Virus record (IMG/VR): IMGVR_UViG_3300030580_000287
Source of the DNA: an uncultured virus (IMG/VR IMGVR_UViG_3300030580_000287)
Taxonomy: Duplodnaviria; Heunggongvirae; Uroviricota; Caudoviricetes
DNA length: 64,000 nucleotides
Strand: one strand, 5' to 3'
Part shown: positions 47,903-58,468 of the stretch, in pieces
How the letters are laid out: the number at the start of each line of letters is the position of its first letter
Position numbering within the stretch: position 1 is the stretch's first letter
Made by a program: the position numbers and the translations under genes
The notes under the pieces: generated by a model
Seen by the model: only the letters and a program-made list of their open reading frames with translations
Told to the model about the DNA's origin: nothing
Database searches by the model: none

Positions 47903-48139
47903 ATGACGCTACTCGAACTCATCCGGTCCCTCGACACACCTTCGGTGGAGTCGTTGGCCAAGCGCAGCGGCACCAGTGCCGGGAACCTTAAACAGATCGC
48001 CCATGGCTTTCGCCGGGCAGGCCCAGGCCTCGCCATCAATCTTGAGCGGGAGTCGAGCAGGGCGGTTACCTGTGAAGAGCTCCGGCCCGATGTCGACTGG
48101 GCCTATCTGCGCAATTCAGGCCAAGAGTCAAATCTTTAA
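47903..48139 (+). CDS. Cro/YdaS-like regulator
   Basis: LA...GTS..NL.QIA.G.R...VTCEELRPDVDW. Confidence 0.85.
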   Translation: MTLLELIRSLDTPSVESLAKRSGTSAGNLKQIAHGFRRAGPGLAINLERESSRAVTCEELRPDVDWAYLRNSGQESNL

Positions 48140-48228
48140 TCCCGATTAAAAGAAGCCCTGATTGAGGGCGCATATCTTCGCCCTGAGCTGAACGTTCCGC
48201 CACGACAACCACGAAGAGGTTTCCCGAA

Positions 48229-48651
48229 ATGGAACAGGTACACCGCGCAATACATGAGGCAGTTCTGGAGGCGGGGCCAAAGCAACTGGCTCACCTGATG
48301 GGTATGAGCCACACCGCATTGCTCAATCGCAGCAACCCAAATGACGACTCGCACCGCCTGAACCTGGAGCAATTTCTCCAGATTCTGGTGCATAGCAAGA
48401 ACGTTGAGCCGCTGGAACATCTGGCCAACACATTGGGCTATGCCCTGGTGCCTCAGGCGCGGCCGGCGAGCAAGAACCTCATCGAGGCTCTGGTGCATCT
48501 CGCGGCTGAGTACGGGGATGTTTCTCGACTGGTACATGACGCCCTGGCGGACGGTCGAGTTTCACCTTTTGAGAAGGCGAATATCCAGAAAGAAATCGGC
48601 CATGTACGGCAGAGCTTGCTGGTGTTGGAAGAGTCGGTGAAAGCAGCGTGA
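48229..48651 (+). CDS. CII-family phage regulator
   Basis: LAHLMGMS...LLNR.NPN...HRL; DALADGRVS..E. Confidence 0.8.
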   Translation: MEQVHRAIHEAVLEAGPKQLAHLMGMSHTALLNRSNPNDDSHRLNLEQFLQILVHSKNVEPLEHLANTLGYALVPQARPASKNLIEALVHLAAEYGDVSRLVHDALADGRVSPFEKANIQKEIGHVRQSLLVLEESVKAA

Positions 48652-48808
48652 ATGGTCGACAGCGCAGTCAGTCGCCTGGTGGCTTGCATTAATTAAAACG
48701 GGTGGAGAATCAATTTTGCCCGGTACAGAAAGCAACAAACCCGGCGGGAACCGGGCTCATCTAATCGTCCTGTGTGATCAGGACTACACAACTGCAGAGG
48801 TATCAATC

Positions 48809-49291
48809 ATGGCACATGCAATTCGTAGTAAACAAGTTCGGTCGCCTGTTGCTGAACGAACTCAATCCAAACCCCGGCTGGTCAGCGTACCTAAGGGGGT
48901 ATTAATCACTCCCACGGTACAGCCTTTTGATGAGCGAGCAGGCTTCACGTACTACGAGGTTCAAGTTGTTTATGAGGACGCGGGACTCAAACAAACCTAC
49001 CCAGGCGTGCTGGATGAGTGTCTGGCGTTAGAGCTGAAGGCCATGCTCGAGCAGGAAGTAGCCCCGTACCCGGTTAGCATTTCGTGGGTAGCAGGCTGGG
49101 CAAAAGGATTCGAAAGCTTCCTCCGGATGAACGACCGCGTAACAGACATGATCCAGTCAGTTCGATCGGCTGAGCGTCCTGGGCATGAGTTCCTAGCTCG
49201 TCTGGGTCAGTTCGGTCCGTATGAAGGTTACGCGCCACAAAACACCCAGGCAGGAAGCGTGGCGCCGAATCTCTCGGAGGTGCAGCCATGA
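48809..49291 (+). CDS. Hypothetical protein
   Basis: GAGG RBS; ATGA overlap with next ORF. Confidence 0.55.
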   Translation: MAHAIRSKQVRSPVAERTQSKPRLVSVPKGVLITPTVQPFDERAGFTYYEVQVVYEDAGLKQTYPGVLDECLALELKAMLEQEVAPYPVSISWVAGWAKGFESFLRMNDRVTDMIQSVRSAERPGHEFLARLGQFGPYEGYAPQNTQAGSVAPNLSEVQP

Positions 49292-49968
49292 ACCTGGTGA
49301 TTGACTCGAAGAGTCCTAGCTTCAACAAAAAACCGTTCTACCTAGTTGAGGTTTTTGACGGGCGTGGCGTGTACGGCTTCGGCCTTGGGCTCACAGACGA
49401 GCGAGTTGCTCGAGACCTGCTCGAGTCTTTCGGTCGCGACCTGCTTGGCCGAATAACAAAGCTTCACACACTAGCCACCCCACCAGAAGAGGCTCGCGGT
49501 TACCAAAAGCATAGGCAGTTTACCGAGCAGACTCAGCGGGTAAAGGCGTTGATTGATATGTGCGCGAACGAGCCTTCGCCTGGCCGGGCCTTCTTGGTTG
49601 CCTTTGTGCAGCAGCATCGCGCTGCAATGCCTCTCAGTCATATGGCTTCAATGCTTGAGCATGCGAAGTACGAGCCCGACTTTGATGAGTTTGCCTACAT
49701 CCCACTTCACCAATCTGCAATCGGGAGGGCACCGCCGCCAACGTGGCAAACATCGCTGGCATTGGCTTCTCTTCGGGCGGTTACACCGGCTCTGGCGGGG
49801 TTAACGAGGCCGCCGGCACGGTGCACAAGGGGGAAGTTGTGTGGAGCCAGAAGGACATCCAGCGCTACGGCGGAGTGGCGGCAGTTGAGGCGCTGCGCAA
49901 AGGCAACGTCTCGCCAATCCGCCCAGGCGCAAAGGGCACTGGCCCGGATGCAAGCCGCTCGCAGGTAG
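49288..49968 (+). CDS. Hypothetical protein, probably truncated near 49720 and reading out of frame into the tape-measure remnant
   Basis: N-terminal ~145 aa is protein-like; C-terminal part overlaps the TMP remnant in another frame. Confidence 0.45.
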   Translation: MNLVIDSKSPSFNKKPFYLVEVFDGRGVYGFGLGLTDERVARDLLESFGRDLLGRITKLHTLATPPEEARGYQKHRQFTEQTQRVKALIDMCANEPSPGRAFLVAFVQQHRAAMPLSHMASMLEHAKYEPDFDEFAYIPLHQSAIGRAPPPTWQTSLALASLRAVTPALAGLTRPPARCTRGKLCGARRTSSATAEWRQLRRCAKATSRQSAQAQRALARMQAARR

Positions 49969-50141
49969 GTGCAGCACCAGTCGTCAACGTGATCGAAGAC
50001 GCCAGCAAGGCCGGCCAAAGCCAGTCGAGCCAAGTAGACGGCAAGTGGATCACTGACTACTTCGTCTCAAACATCCGTGAAAACGGCAAAGAGGCCAAGG
50101 CCATTCAGCAGATGCTCGGCATGGGAAGGGCTGCACGATGA
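49730..50141 (+). pseudogene. Tape measure protein C-terminal remnant
   Basis: GFSSGGYTG.GG..E.AG.VHKGEVVWSQ typical of TMP C-termini; ATGA-coupled to distal tail gene. Confidence 0.75.
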
Positions 50142-50590
50142 TTGAATACCCAAGCGGTCTGCCTTATCCGTTGCGAGACGGTTATGGCTTCAGCCCGGTC
50201 AGCCCCATAAAGTCAACTGCCATGCAGACCGGGCGCACGCGGTACCGAAGGAAATACTCATCGGTTCCGACAGATGCCAAGGTCACCTGGAACATGAGCG
50301 ATCAGGAAGCCCAGTACTTTGAAGCGTGGTTCGAAGAAGTCCTGATCTCTGGCTCGCAATGGTTCGAGGTTGAGCTTAGAACGCCTCAGGGCCTGCTGCC
50401 TTACAAGGCCCACTTCAAGGACATCTACGAAGGGCCAATACTTTTTGGCGTCGATCGCTTCATGTTCACCGCGACGCTGCAGTTGTGGGAGCGACCAATT
50501 CTCACCGGCGGCTGGGCCATTTACGCGCCTGAATATCTGCTGAACATGAACTTGATTGACCTGGCGGTGAACAAGGACTGGCCATCATGA
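50138..50590 (+). CDS. Distal tail-like protein
   Basis: YPSGLPYPLRDGY...MQTGR.R.RR...FEAWF; follows TMP. Confidence 0.75.
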   Translation: MIEYPSGLPYPLRDGYGFSPVSPIKSTAMQTGRTRYRRKYSSVPTDAKVTWNMSDQEAQYFEAWFEEVLISGSQWFEVELRTPQGLLPYKAHFKDIYEGPILFGVDRFMFTATLQLWERPILTGGWAIYAPEYLLNMNLIDLAVNKDWPS

Positions 50591-51069
50591 CGAGCTTTGT
50601 ACTAAACCGCCTCTATTCAAGCGGCGGCACGGAGATTCTCCATGGAACGCTTGAGATCACGGACGGCGTGGCCCATCACTTTCTCACGGATGGATTTGAG
50701 GATTTAGTGGTCGGGCTTGAGACCGGCGGCATGGCGACGTTTCTCGCCTGTGGCATATCGATTGCTCTGCCAAAGCGCGGTAGCGATGGAAAGCAGGACC
50801 TGAAGTTTGCGCTGTGCAACATCGATGGCAGCGTCTCCGGATTCCTGCGCGCGGCCCTTAGGGAGCGCCGTGAGATCAACCTGGTGTACAGGGAGTACAT
50901 CAGCACCGACCTGGCCTATCCGTCGAAGATCCTGCGTTACAAGGTCAAGAGCGGCTCGGTCACCGCAACCGAAGCCCAGATCGTGGCCGGCTACTTCAAC
51001 CTGCTCGAAACCCTCTGGCTCCGCAACTACTACACCGGCGATTTCGCCCCAGGCATGCGGTACCAATAA
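50587..51069 (+). CDS. Tail tip protein (DUF1833-like)
   Basis: LNRLYSSG, IALPKR..DG.QDL.FA..NIDG, YREY..TDL..P. Confidence 0.75.
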   Translation: MTSFVLNRLYSSGGTEILHGTLEITDGVAHHFLTDGFEDLVVGLETGGMATFLACGISIALPKRGSDGKQDLKFALCNIDGSVSGFLRAALRERREINLVYREYISTDLAYPSKILRYKVKSGSVTATEAQIVAGYFNLLETLWLRNYYTGDFAPGMRYQ

Positions 51070-51449
51070 TGATCGATCACGAAAAATACATCGAGGGCCA
51101 GTACCTCGAGGGCGGGAGAGTGTGGCCGTTTGTTGACTGCTATGGGTTGGTCCTTGAGGTTCGCCGCGACCTCGGCCTGCCCGACTGGCCAGAGTGGGCT
51201 GATATTCGCGCCGGCGACGGCTCGATGGTTGAGGTGGCTGGCAAATGGTTTCCCACTCTCACGCCATGCGAGCCGGAAGAGGGTGCGCTGATTGCGCTCT
51301 ACCAGGGTAGCGAGATGCGTCACGTAGGCGTTGTGATTCGCTGCGGCGCCTCACTTGAGGCAATGGAGATCACCGAAAAGCAACGCACAATCTGCCTGCC
51401 TCTGCACAGGCTCAAGCGCCGCTTCGTGCGGGTGGAGTATTACAAGTGA
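51069..51449 (+). CDS. NlpC/P60 tail assembly protein
   Basis: GGR.WP.VDCYGLV...HVGVV. Confidence 0.8.
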   Translation: MIDHEKYIEGQYLEGGRVWPFVDCYGLVLEVRRDLGLPDWPEWADIRAGDGSMVEVAGKWFPTLTPCEPEEGALIALYQGSEMRHVGVVIRCGASLEAMEITEKQRTICLPLHRLKRRFVRVEYYK

Positions 51450-54400
51450 TTGAAATTTACCCATCCCGCATTGGTGTCAAAGAAGGCGACTGCGTGCCGC
51501 TGGAGTCGCACCAGGTTAAAGAGCCGGCCACCCTCGGGGGTTGGCTCTCAGCGAACGCCAAAGGTTTCGATATCAACGCAGTTCACCCGATCTGTATCGA
51601 AGTGGAAGGTGTTGTGGTGCCTGTGGGCCAGTGGTTAGTGACAGTCATTGATCGCGACTCGGATGTGAAGATATTTCCAGAGGCGCGTGCGGTGGGTGCT
51701 GCGGCTGCGGCCTGGGCGGCGGTGGCCTTGGCTGCCATTTCGATTGTGCTGATCCTCACCATGCCCAAGGCCAAGGCCGCCAAGCAACAACAAGGTGACG
51801 ATCTTGACGCAGCCACGGCTACAGGCAACCACGCCAAGCTGAACTCGCCAATCCGCGAAGTGCTTGGCATGGCCAAGGTCTATCCCGACCTGCTGGTGCC
51901 GCCAGTAACGCGATTTGTAAACAAGCGGACGATGGTAACAACTCTGGCCATGTCCGTTGGCCGGGGGCGTAATTCGATTCCTCCCAGCACGCTTAAGGTT
52001 GGCGACACGCCCTTTGCGGCGTTTGGTTCCGACCTGAATTACAAAATTTACGAGCCGGGCGCATCACTTTTGGGTGATTCTCGCGCCAGAAACTGGTACC
52101 CAGCTACGGAGGTCGGCGGAACAAACGCTGGTACTGCGGGCCTTGACCTTTCGAGCACCGCACCCACAGAGGCAGCCGCTTTGGCTGACTCCATGCTGAT
52201 CAGCGGGAATACAGTTTCCTTGCTGGGTAACAGTCCCCGATTCCCTGACGCGTGGGACACCGGCACTGTCGTTCGACTGGTCACGCCTGACACATTCACG
52301 GTAACGACCGCAGGCTCGTACAGCCGAATCGCCGGCGCCTTGTCCGACCTTGCACCGTTCGTTGGCATGAAGGTAACGCTGGGTAGCGATTCAGAAATCG
52401 ATTTGACGGTGGCAAGCGTGACTCCTTATGTCGCGCCAGTCCCAGGGGTTGGCGGATCACCGTCTATGGTTACAGGCAGCGCATCCCCGTCCGGCTACGA
52501 CTTCACGTCGGGCGCGGTGGTATGGTCTGTGATCTTTCAGGGAGTCACCAAAACCATATCCCTGAACACCAACTATGTGAACATGAGCGGGCTTGTTTCG
52601 ACGATCACTTCCCAGTTGTCTGGCACCGGTCTTGTGGCGCAAGACAGTTCCGGCCGGCTTCGCCTGATTGAGCCGCTCAGCCCTTATAAAGGTGGCCCGA
52701 TCTCGCAAACCAGCGCGCCGGTGGCGATCTTCGGCTCTGGGCCGACCTATACCGTCGGCACTGCCTCCGCAGGCGGTACCCCTGAGCAGCTTGCGAGCGT
52801 CACGCTGAACTTTGATAACGGCACTCCCTTCTCTGGTGTCGCTGCCGGCCAGCAACGGCTTTCCCTTGCCTACCGAGGCTACAGGTTTCAAATCGTGTCG
52901 GTTTCAGGTCTCACCGCCACGGTTAAACGAATCACTGATGCGGGGGTGGTCGATAATGCCTGGGCTGGATTCACCGCCAGAACCCTGCTCGATTTCTCGT
53001 TGTCGGGTAGCGGCGGGGCCGGTAACTGGATCGGCTCCTTCATGGGCTGCCCAGAATACGAACTGGCAACACAGGCTGAATACGATGTCTTCCTGAGCCA
53101 GGGACTCTGCTACTACAGCAAGTCCGGCAATATAAAAATGCTCACCAAGTCCATTGAGGTGCGGTGGAGGGATTCAGCCGTAGGCGGTGCGTGGACGACG
53201 ATCACCCACACATATACCGACGCAACCCCAGACCAGATCGGATTCACCCATGGAGTGGTGTTTCCTTACCCGCTGCGCCCTGAGTTTCAAATGCGACGGG
53301 TTCAGCCGGTAGAGGGCGGCCAGGTGCGTGACGCGATCCAATGGTACGGCCTGCGCACGCTATTACCTGATCCGGGCTCTTACGAGGGGATCACCGTCAT
53401 CACCATGGATATCCGTGGTGGTGACCGCCTCAGCGCCCAGTCGGAACGGCAGATCAACTGCGTTCCCACACGCATCTACGACAACGCCCCGGCGCGCTCA
53501 ATCAAAGGGGCTGCGCTGCACGTTTGTCAGGGGCTTGGGATCGATGAATCGTTGATCGACATGGATGCTCTAAATGCGGTGGACCAGGACTACTGGACGC
53601 CGCGCAGCGAGCTCTACGACATGGCACACGAAAAGCCCACGGCGGTCCGGGAGGTCTTGCAGGGAATCTTCACCGCCGGCATGTCGCACCTTTCCAGCGG
53701 CAACGGGTTGCTCAGCGTAAAGCGTGAAGGTATTCAGCCGCCGCGCGGAGTCATCACGCCGCACGAAATGACCAGCGAACTACAGGCCAGCTTTACCGCG
53801 CCAAGCCCTGACGACTTCGACGGAGTGGATGTTGAATATATTGACCAGTATACCAATCGCAAGGAAACGAGGCCCTGCCGGCTGCCTGGGAGCCTTGGGC
53901 TCAAGGTAGACAAAATCCAGCTGGACGGGGTGTCAGACGAAACGCGCGCCTGGCGCATCGGCATGAGACAGCTGCGCAAGTATCAGTTCTCGCGCTGGGG
54001 CTACAGCGTCGATACTGAGATGGATGCTCTGGTGTTTGACGACATCGACCACATCACGCTGGCCGATGACATCCCGAATACCACCAGTAGCGCACTGATC
54101 ACCGCGGTGGAGGCGCTCGACGGTCAGTACCTGCTCACGCTTAGCGAAGAGATGGACTGGTCGATGGTTGCGCCGCGCGCCGTTATCCGCCGGCACGACG
54201 GCACGGTCACAAGCCTTTTTGAGCCGAAGGACGCTGGCTTTCACCAGGTGCTGGTGCCGCTTAATGCAATCGACTTCGATATCGTCACCGACCTGAGCAT
54301 TGAACCCGCAAGGTTCCTGTTCGGGCCAAGCGAACAAGTCGGCTACCCGGCGATGATCACCGAGATAACCCCGAATCAGGACGGGTCCTGCGCCGTCACC

Positions 54401-54463
54401 GCGACCGAGTATTCCCCGGTGTTTTACGCGGACGACGACAACTACCCACCCGCAGCAGCTTAG
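51446..54463 (+). CDS. Tail tip/host-specificity protein (TipJ-like, non-lambda type)
   Basis: 1005 aa; IREVLG..KVYPD; DFDGVDVEY; RAWRIGMRQ; position. Confidence 0.8.
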   Translation: MIEIYPSRIGVKEGDCVPLESHQVKEPATLGGWLSANAKGFDINAVHPICIEVEGVVVPVGQWLVTVIDRDSDVKIFPEARAVGAAAAAWAAVALAAISIVLILTMPKAKAAKQQQGDDLDAATATGNHAKLNSPIREVLGMAKVYPDLLVPPVTRFVNKRTMVTTLAMSVGRGRNSIPPSTLKVGDTPFAAFGSDLNYKIYEPGASLLGDSRARNWYPATEVGGTNAGTAGLDLSSTAPTEAAALADSMLISGNTVSLLGNSPRFPDAWDTGTVVRLVTPDTFTVTTAGSYSRIAGALSDLAPFVGMKVTLGSDSEIDLTVASVTPYVAPVPGVGGSPSMVTGSASPSGYDFTSGAVVWSVIFQGVTKTISLNTNYVNMSGLVSTITSQLSGTGLVAQDSSGRLRLIEPLSPYKGGPISQTSAPVAIFGSGPTYTVGTASAGGTPEQLASVTLNFDNGTPFSGVAAGQQRLSLAYRGYRFQIVSVSGLTATVKRITDAGVVDNAWAGFTARTLLDFSLSGSGGAGNWIGSFMGCPEYELATQAEYDVFLSQGLCYYSKSGNIKMLTKSIEVRWRDSAVGGAWTTITHTYTDATPDQIGFTHGVVFPYPLRPEFQMRRVQPVEGGQVRDAIQWYGLRTLLPDPGSYEGITVITMDIRGGDRLSAQSERQINCVPTRIYDNAPARSIKGAALHVCQGLGIDESLIDMDALNAVDQDYWTPRSELYDMAHEKPTAVREVLQGIFTAGMSHLSSGNGLLSVKREGIQPPRGVITPHEMTSELQASFTAPSPDDFDGVDVEYIDQYTNRKETRPCRLPGSLGLKVDKIQLDGVSDETRAWRIGMRQLRKYQFSRWGYSVDTEMDALVFDDIDHITLADDIPNTTSSALITAVEALDGQYLLTLSEEMDWSMVAPRAVIRRHDGTVTSLFEPKDAGFHQVLVPLNAIDFDIVTDLSIEPARFLFGPSEQVGYPAMITEITPNQDGSCAVTATEYSPVFYADDDNYPPAAA

Positions 54464-54521
54464 ATATCAAACCTTTCAAGGCCCGCCACTGAGCGGGCTT
54501 TTTTTTGCCTCGGGGAAAACC

Positions 54522-56510
54522 ATGGCCTTTAATACCAGAAACCCTGTAGAACCCAACGGCTCGACAGATCCACGCGACCTGAAAGACAACGCGGCGATCA
54601 TCGACAAGCTGGTAAATAGCTCGGACCTAACATGGCTCGGCCGGCTTGGGAAGACGCTTAAAACCTGGGCAGGTATGACAGCGGAGCATAACGCCGCCCA
54701 AGTGCAGAGAAGTGCCGAGTTTCAGCAGTTTCTGCAAAGCAGCGGGTATGAGGTGCCTGTGCCTTACGCCCCAGGAATCAGCATTACTCGCACAACTCAA
54801 ACCGTGGTTTATAACGGTGAGCTGTACCGACCAAAAGAGGCCTCGCTGCCGTTCGTTACCACTACCTTCCCTGCGGATTCAGAAAAATGGATTGCTAACG
54901 GTGATAATTCGCTGCGTCAAATGCTTGCATCCCACTCAGGCTCGGCCTCCGTTGGTTTTCAACAGAGAGGGGCGAACGCTTCTTTCCGAGACCAGCAGAG
55001 CAAGGATCGCGAGACCCTTTCATTGCCGGACTATGGTGGTGCGCCAAATACAGACAACACTACTGCGGTAGCAGCAGCGCTTGTCGAGTGCCGAGCCTCA
55101 AAAGATAGAAGGGTGCTTGTTCCGGCTGGGCAAAATAATACAGGCATTGTATCCAACCCAACCGGTGTTACGTTCCAAGGCGGCGATCTTGTAGAAACAC
55201 CAAACCCTGCAGATTCATCTACCTTTGATATCTTGAGTAGTTACGCGGACAGGCTCAGCTACCAGTTAGGTAATGAATATCTTTATGCGCTGCACAACGA
55301 GATATCTAGTCACAATTCCGTCAAGATAATGATGGTCGGTGACAGCACTGTGGTAGGGGTCAATAGTGTTGCCCCATATACACCAGCCGGAGTACTAAGT
55401 GATCAAGGCTTAGATCGGGGCTTGGTTGGTATCCTAATCAATAATTTGGCTGTTAGCGGATCAGCATCGCCGCAATGGGATACGTCTCAGATTATCGCAG
55501 ACACCTCGACCCACTGCCTTATCGTAGGTTACGGTACTAATGACCCAGCTGCTGGTGATGAAGAAGCGTTTTTCAACAACATGTCAGCCAAGCTTGCAGC
55601 TGTTCGCGCTGCGCGAAATGTTCAAAGCCTAACAATTATTCTGAAGGGGGCGAACAGCACGAACGACTGGGTGAATGGTAGGTCGCAGCTATGGTGCGAG
55701 CGTATCGCCTCGGTTTATAGAAAGCTTGCGCGTATGTACCAATGCTACTTTTTTGATACGTACGCATTCTTGCGGGACTCCAAGAATGCTGCCCATCTGT
55801 GGATGGATACGCTTCCGTATGGTTCGCCGCCCGTAGACACCCATATCCATCCAAATAATTTTGGCAACATGTGGATATGGGGCGAGCTTGCGAGAAATAT
55901 TTTCCCGGATAACCTCAGCCAAAGAATGGCTAACAACTATCGAAATATTGCTGCATCTCACACGATGCTCACTGCGTTGGCGCCGCCGGAAAATATGCCA
56001 TATGGTCGGGCAATCTATAGGACTGCTTCAACCGACTGGCCATCAGATGGCATGGTTGTTTCTGAAAAACACGCGGACGGTATCGTCACTCAAGAGGTCA
56101 CACCGTTTAACCGATCGATCACTAAGGTACACCGTCGAAATTCGCTTACGTCTGCGCCTGGCGCATGGACCTTGTTCACGGGGGCAGGCTACAACCTCAC
56201 ACTACAAAATGGATGGTCGAACTTCGACGCCCCCAACTGGATGGTCGCTCAGCTCATTATTGAGGAGTCCGGCTTCATTAGCGCGAGAGGATTGCTGCGG
56301 CCGGGTACGCTAGTTGCGAACACAGTGCTATTTAGTGTGTTCTCCGCAGTACCAAATGGCGCTCCGATACTTGGTGAGGTCTTCCAGCTATCCTGCAATA
56401 CCGGTTCGATTCGGGTGGTTGTGGGGATCGGTGGCAATGTATCGATTAAGGAGGTATCTGGCACACCGACAGAAGTTTCGCTATCTGGTATGCGCTGGAT
56501 GCCGACTTAA
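54522..56510 (+). CDS. Tailspike/fibre with SGNH esterase domain
   Basis: N-terminal NPV..NGSTDPRDL.DNA virion-attachment motif; GDST, GYGTND and DTHIHPN SGNH blocks. Confidence 0.8.
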   Translation: MAFNTRNPVEPNGSTDPRDLKDNAAIIDKLVNSSDLTWLGRLGKTLKTWAGMTAEHNAAQVQRSAEFQQFLQSSGYEVPVPYAPGISITRTTQTVVYNGELYRPKEASLPFVTTTFPADSEKWIANGDNSLRQMLASHSGSASVGFQQRGANASFRDQQSKDRETLSLPDYGGAPNTDNTTAVAAALVECRASKDRRVLVPAGQNNTGIVSNPTGVTFQGGDLVETPNPADSSTFDILSSYADRLSYQLGNEYLYALHNEISSHNSVKIMMVGDSTVVGVNSVAPYTPAGVLSDQGLDRGLVGILINNLAVSGSASPQWDTSQIIADTSTHCLIVGYGTNDPAAGDEEAFFNNMSAKLAAVRAARNVQSLTIILKGANSTNDWVNGRSQLWCERIASVYRKLARMYQCYFFDTYAFLRDSKNAAHLWMDTLPYGSPPVDTHIHPNNFGNMWIWGELARNIFPDNLSQRMANNYRNIAASHTMLTALAPPENMPYGRAIYRTASTDWPSDGMVVSEKHADGIVTQEVTPFNRSITKVHRRNSLTSAPGAWTLFTGAGYNLTLQNGWSNFDAPNWMVAQLIIEESGFISARGLLRPGTLVANTVLFSVFSAVPNGAPILGEVFQLSCNTGSIRVVVGIGGNVSIKEVSGTPTEVSLSGMRWMPT

Positions 56511-56760
56511 TCAAGCGGAGCTGACGCTGGGCGTGAGCGGCTTGGCTGTTTACGGGCTCCAGCACCATTTCATCTACAAGCCAAAAAAGAAGCGCCGGGA
56601 AGTGACGCCCGATGACAAAATGTTCGCCGTCATCACAGATACGGGCAAGAAGCACCGCGACGGAAATCCGGCGCTCAGCAGTATATTCGATGGCTATAGC
56701 TACTCTGGCGCCTGTATTGTAGATTACCTTTCTGAAAAAATTAAACAGGGAGGAGCACTA

Positions 56761-57804
56761 ATGGAATTACAAGAATTCTTAGGGTCTATCCAAGATCTAG
56801 AAAGAAGGGGAGCAATAGAGAATGCCTTAGCCGCTGCGTTGTCATGTATACAACACCATAGAAGTGTTTTTGGAATTCAAGAGGAGATGCCTTGGTTACA
56901 GGTTTATGAGGAAGATACGGTTCAGGCAGTTGCCTCTGAGGGGATGAATTGTATTAGGTTTAGTACTGGTCTAATCGATCACTATATGGCTGCTAAGTAT
57001 CCAGATATATCAAAGGTTTTGCCAGGAGCACCTAACATATTTGGATTGAATCTAGTACTTGACTTGGGCTTGGCATGGGCTTTGTCTCATGAGTATGTCC
57101 ATCTTTATAGAAAGCATGACAGCGTATGCGCAAGTGTCTTGTCGGCAGCTTTAATTGATCACTCTCTAACCCCGCAGCGAAAACGTTCTGCTTTGAGCTT
57201 GTCTAAAGAAGATATAGATAAAGCTACGGAGTTTGACGCTGATCTGTGTGCAGTGGCCGGAATATATCGCTACATGCAAAAGATTTTTGCTGGGCTTGTT
57301 GACGATATGCTAATAAGAAAGATGGTTATATTTTATGTCTACTGGGGGGTTAGGGGGTTTCCTGATATACAGCATAGTGGAACGCATCCTGAAATTTCTG
57401 ATAGGTTGTATGATATATGTAGCAAGGTTGGAGGGTTGTCTGCCGAGTTGTCAGTTTCTAAATACGCAGTTCCTGAGGGCTATAAGAGTAAGGTCGAGCG
57501 CGTAGTGATCTTGACTAGTTTTGTGATGGAGATGGAGAAGATTTATATTGGGTCATCTGGCGTTAAAGAGGTTGACGCTATTTGGCATAAATGGTTGGAG
57601 CGTATAAGAACTAACGCGCATACACGTAGCGCAGCCAACTGGAGCAAGCTAAGTCCTTGGGTGGGTGAGATCTCGGGGACCTTGGCAGATAACAGAAAAG
57701 ATGAGTTCTATTTTGCTCGTCAAAAGCAGAAAAAAGACGCTAAGTTTTCTAAAGAAAAAAAGAAGAGTCAGCGTAAGGCAAGGAGAGGCAGCAGAGTTAA
57801 GTAG
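56761..57804 (+). CDS. HExxH metallopeptidase-like protein (M48/U49 Lit-like)
   Basis: SHEYVH, EFDADLCA, GTHP...RL; GGAGG RBS; AT-rich. Confidence 0.65.
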   Translation: MELQEFLGSIQDLERRGAIENALAAALSCIQHHRSVFGIQEEMPWLQVYEEDTVQAVASEGMNCIRFSTGLIDHYMAAKYPDISKVLPGAPNIFGLNLVLDLGLAWALSHEYVHLYRKHDSVCASVLSAALIDHSLTPQRKRSALSLSKEDIDKATEFDADLCAVAGIYRYMQKIFAGLVDDMLIRKMVIFYVYWGVRGFPDIQHSGTHPEISDRLYDICSKVGGLSAELSVSKYAVPEGYKSKVERVVILTSFVMEMEKIYIGSSGVKEVDAIWHKWLERIRTNAHTRSAANWSKLSPWVGEISGTLADNRKDEFYFARQKQKKDAKFSKEKKKSQRKARRGSRVK

Positions 57805-57934
57805 ATTTATTGTTGGTTGGATATTTTATTTTCTAGATGTCTAAATAATTAAATCTATTGGTTGCTGCTGTTAAATATACATGCAAAAGAAAATTTCCCG
57901 CCAGAAGCGGGCTTTTTTTCGCCAGGAGAAAAGC

Positions 57935-58468
57935 ATGCCGATCACCGAGCAGCAGCTGCTGCAGATCCTCCCGAACGCCGGCCGCCAAGCCGGCGTTTTT
58001 GTTCCTGTGCTGAATACGGCCATGGGGCGGTACGGCATTGTCGGCACGCTGCGGGCAGCCGCATTCATTGCCCAGGTCGGGCATGAGTCTGGCCAGCTGC
58101 GTTACGTGCGCGAGATCTGGGGGCCAACGACGCAGCAACTCGGCTATGAAGGCCGTGCTGACCTAGGCAACACCGTTAAAGGTGATGGCTCCAAGTTTCG
58201 TGGCCGTGGCCTGATCCAGATTACCGGGTGGGCTAACTACGCGGCGTGCGGCGAAGCCTTGGGCCTGGACCTGATCAATCAACCTGAGCTGCTCGAGCTT
58301 CCACAGCATGCAGCTATGTCTGCCGCGTGGTTCTGGTCGACGCGGGGGTTGAACACCCTGGCAGACCAGAAAGACTTCGCCAAAATTACCCGGCGCATCA
58401 ATGGCGGGCTCACCGGCCAAGCCGAACGTCAGGCGCTGTACGACAGGGCGCTGAAGGTGCTGGCATGA
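57935..58468 (+). CDS. GH19 endolysin
   Basis: AAFIAQVGHESG, FRGRGLIQITG..NY, ITRRINGG. Confidence 0.92.
   Translation: MPITEQQLLQILPNAGRQAGVFVPVLNTAMGRYGIVGTLRAAAFIAQVGHESGQLRYVREIWGPTTQQLGYEGRADLGNTVKGDGSKFRGRGLIQITGWANYAACGEALGLDLINQPELLELPQHAAMSAAWFWSTRGLNTLADQKDFAKITRRINGGLTGQAERQALYDRALKVLA

Noticed and set aside
56314..56760. N-terminal extension of the 496-aa ORF
   Set aside because: Overlaps the tailspike; the strong GGAGG RBS is at ATG 56761
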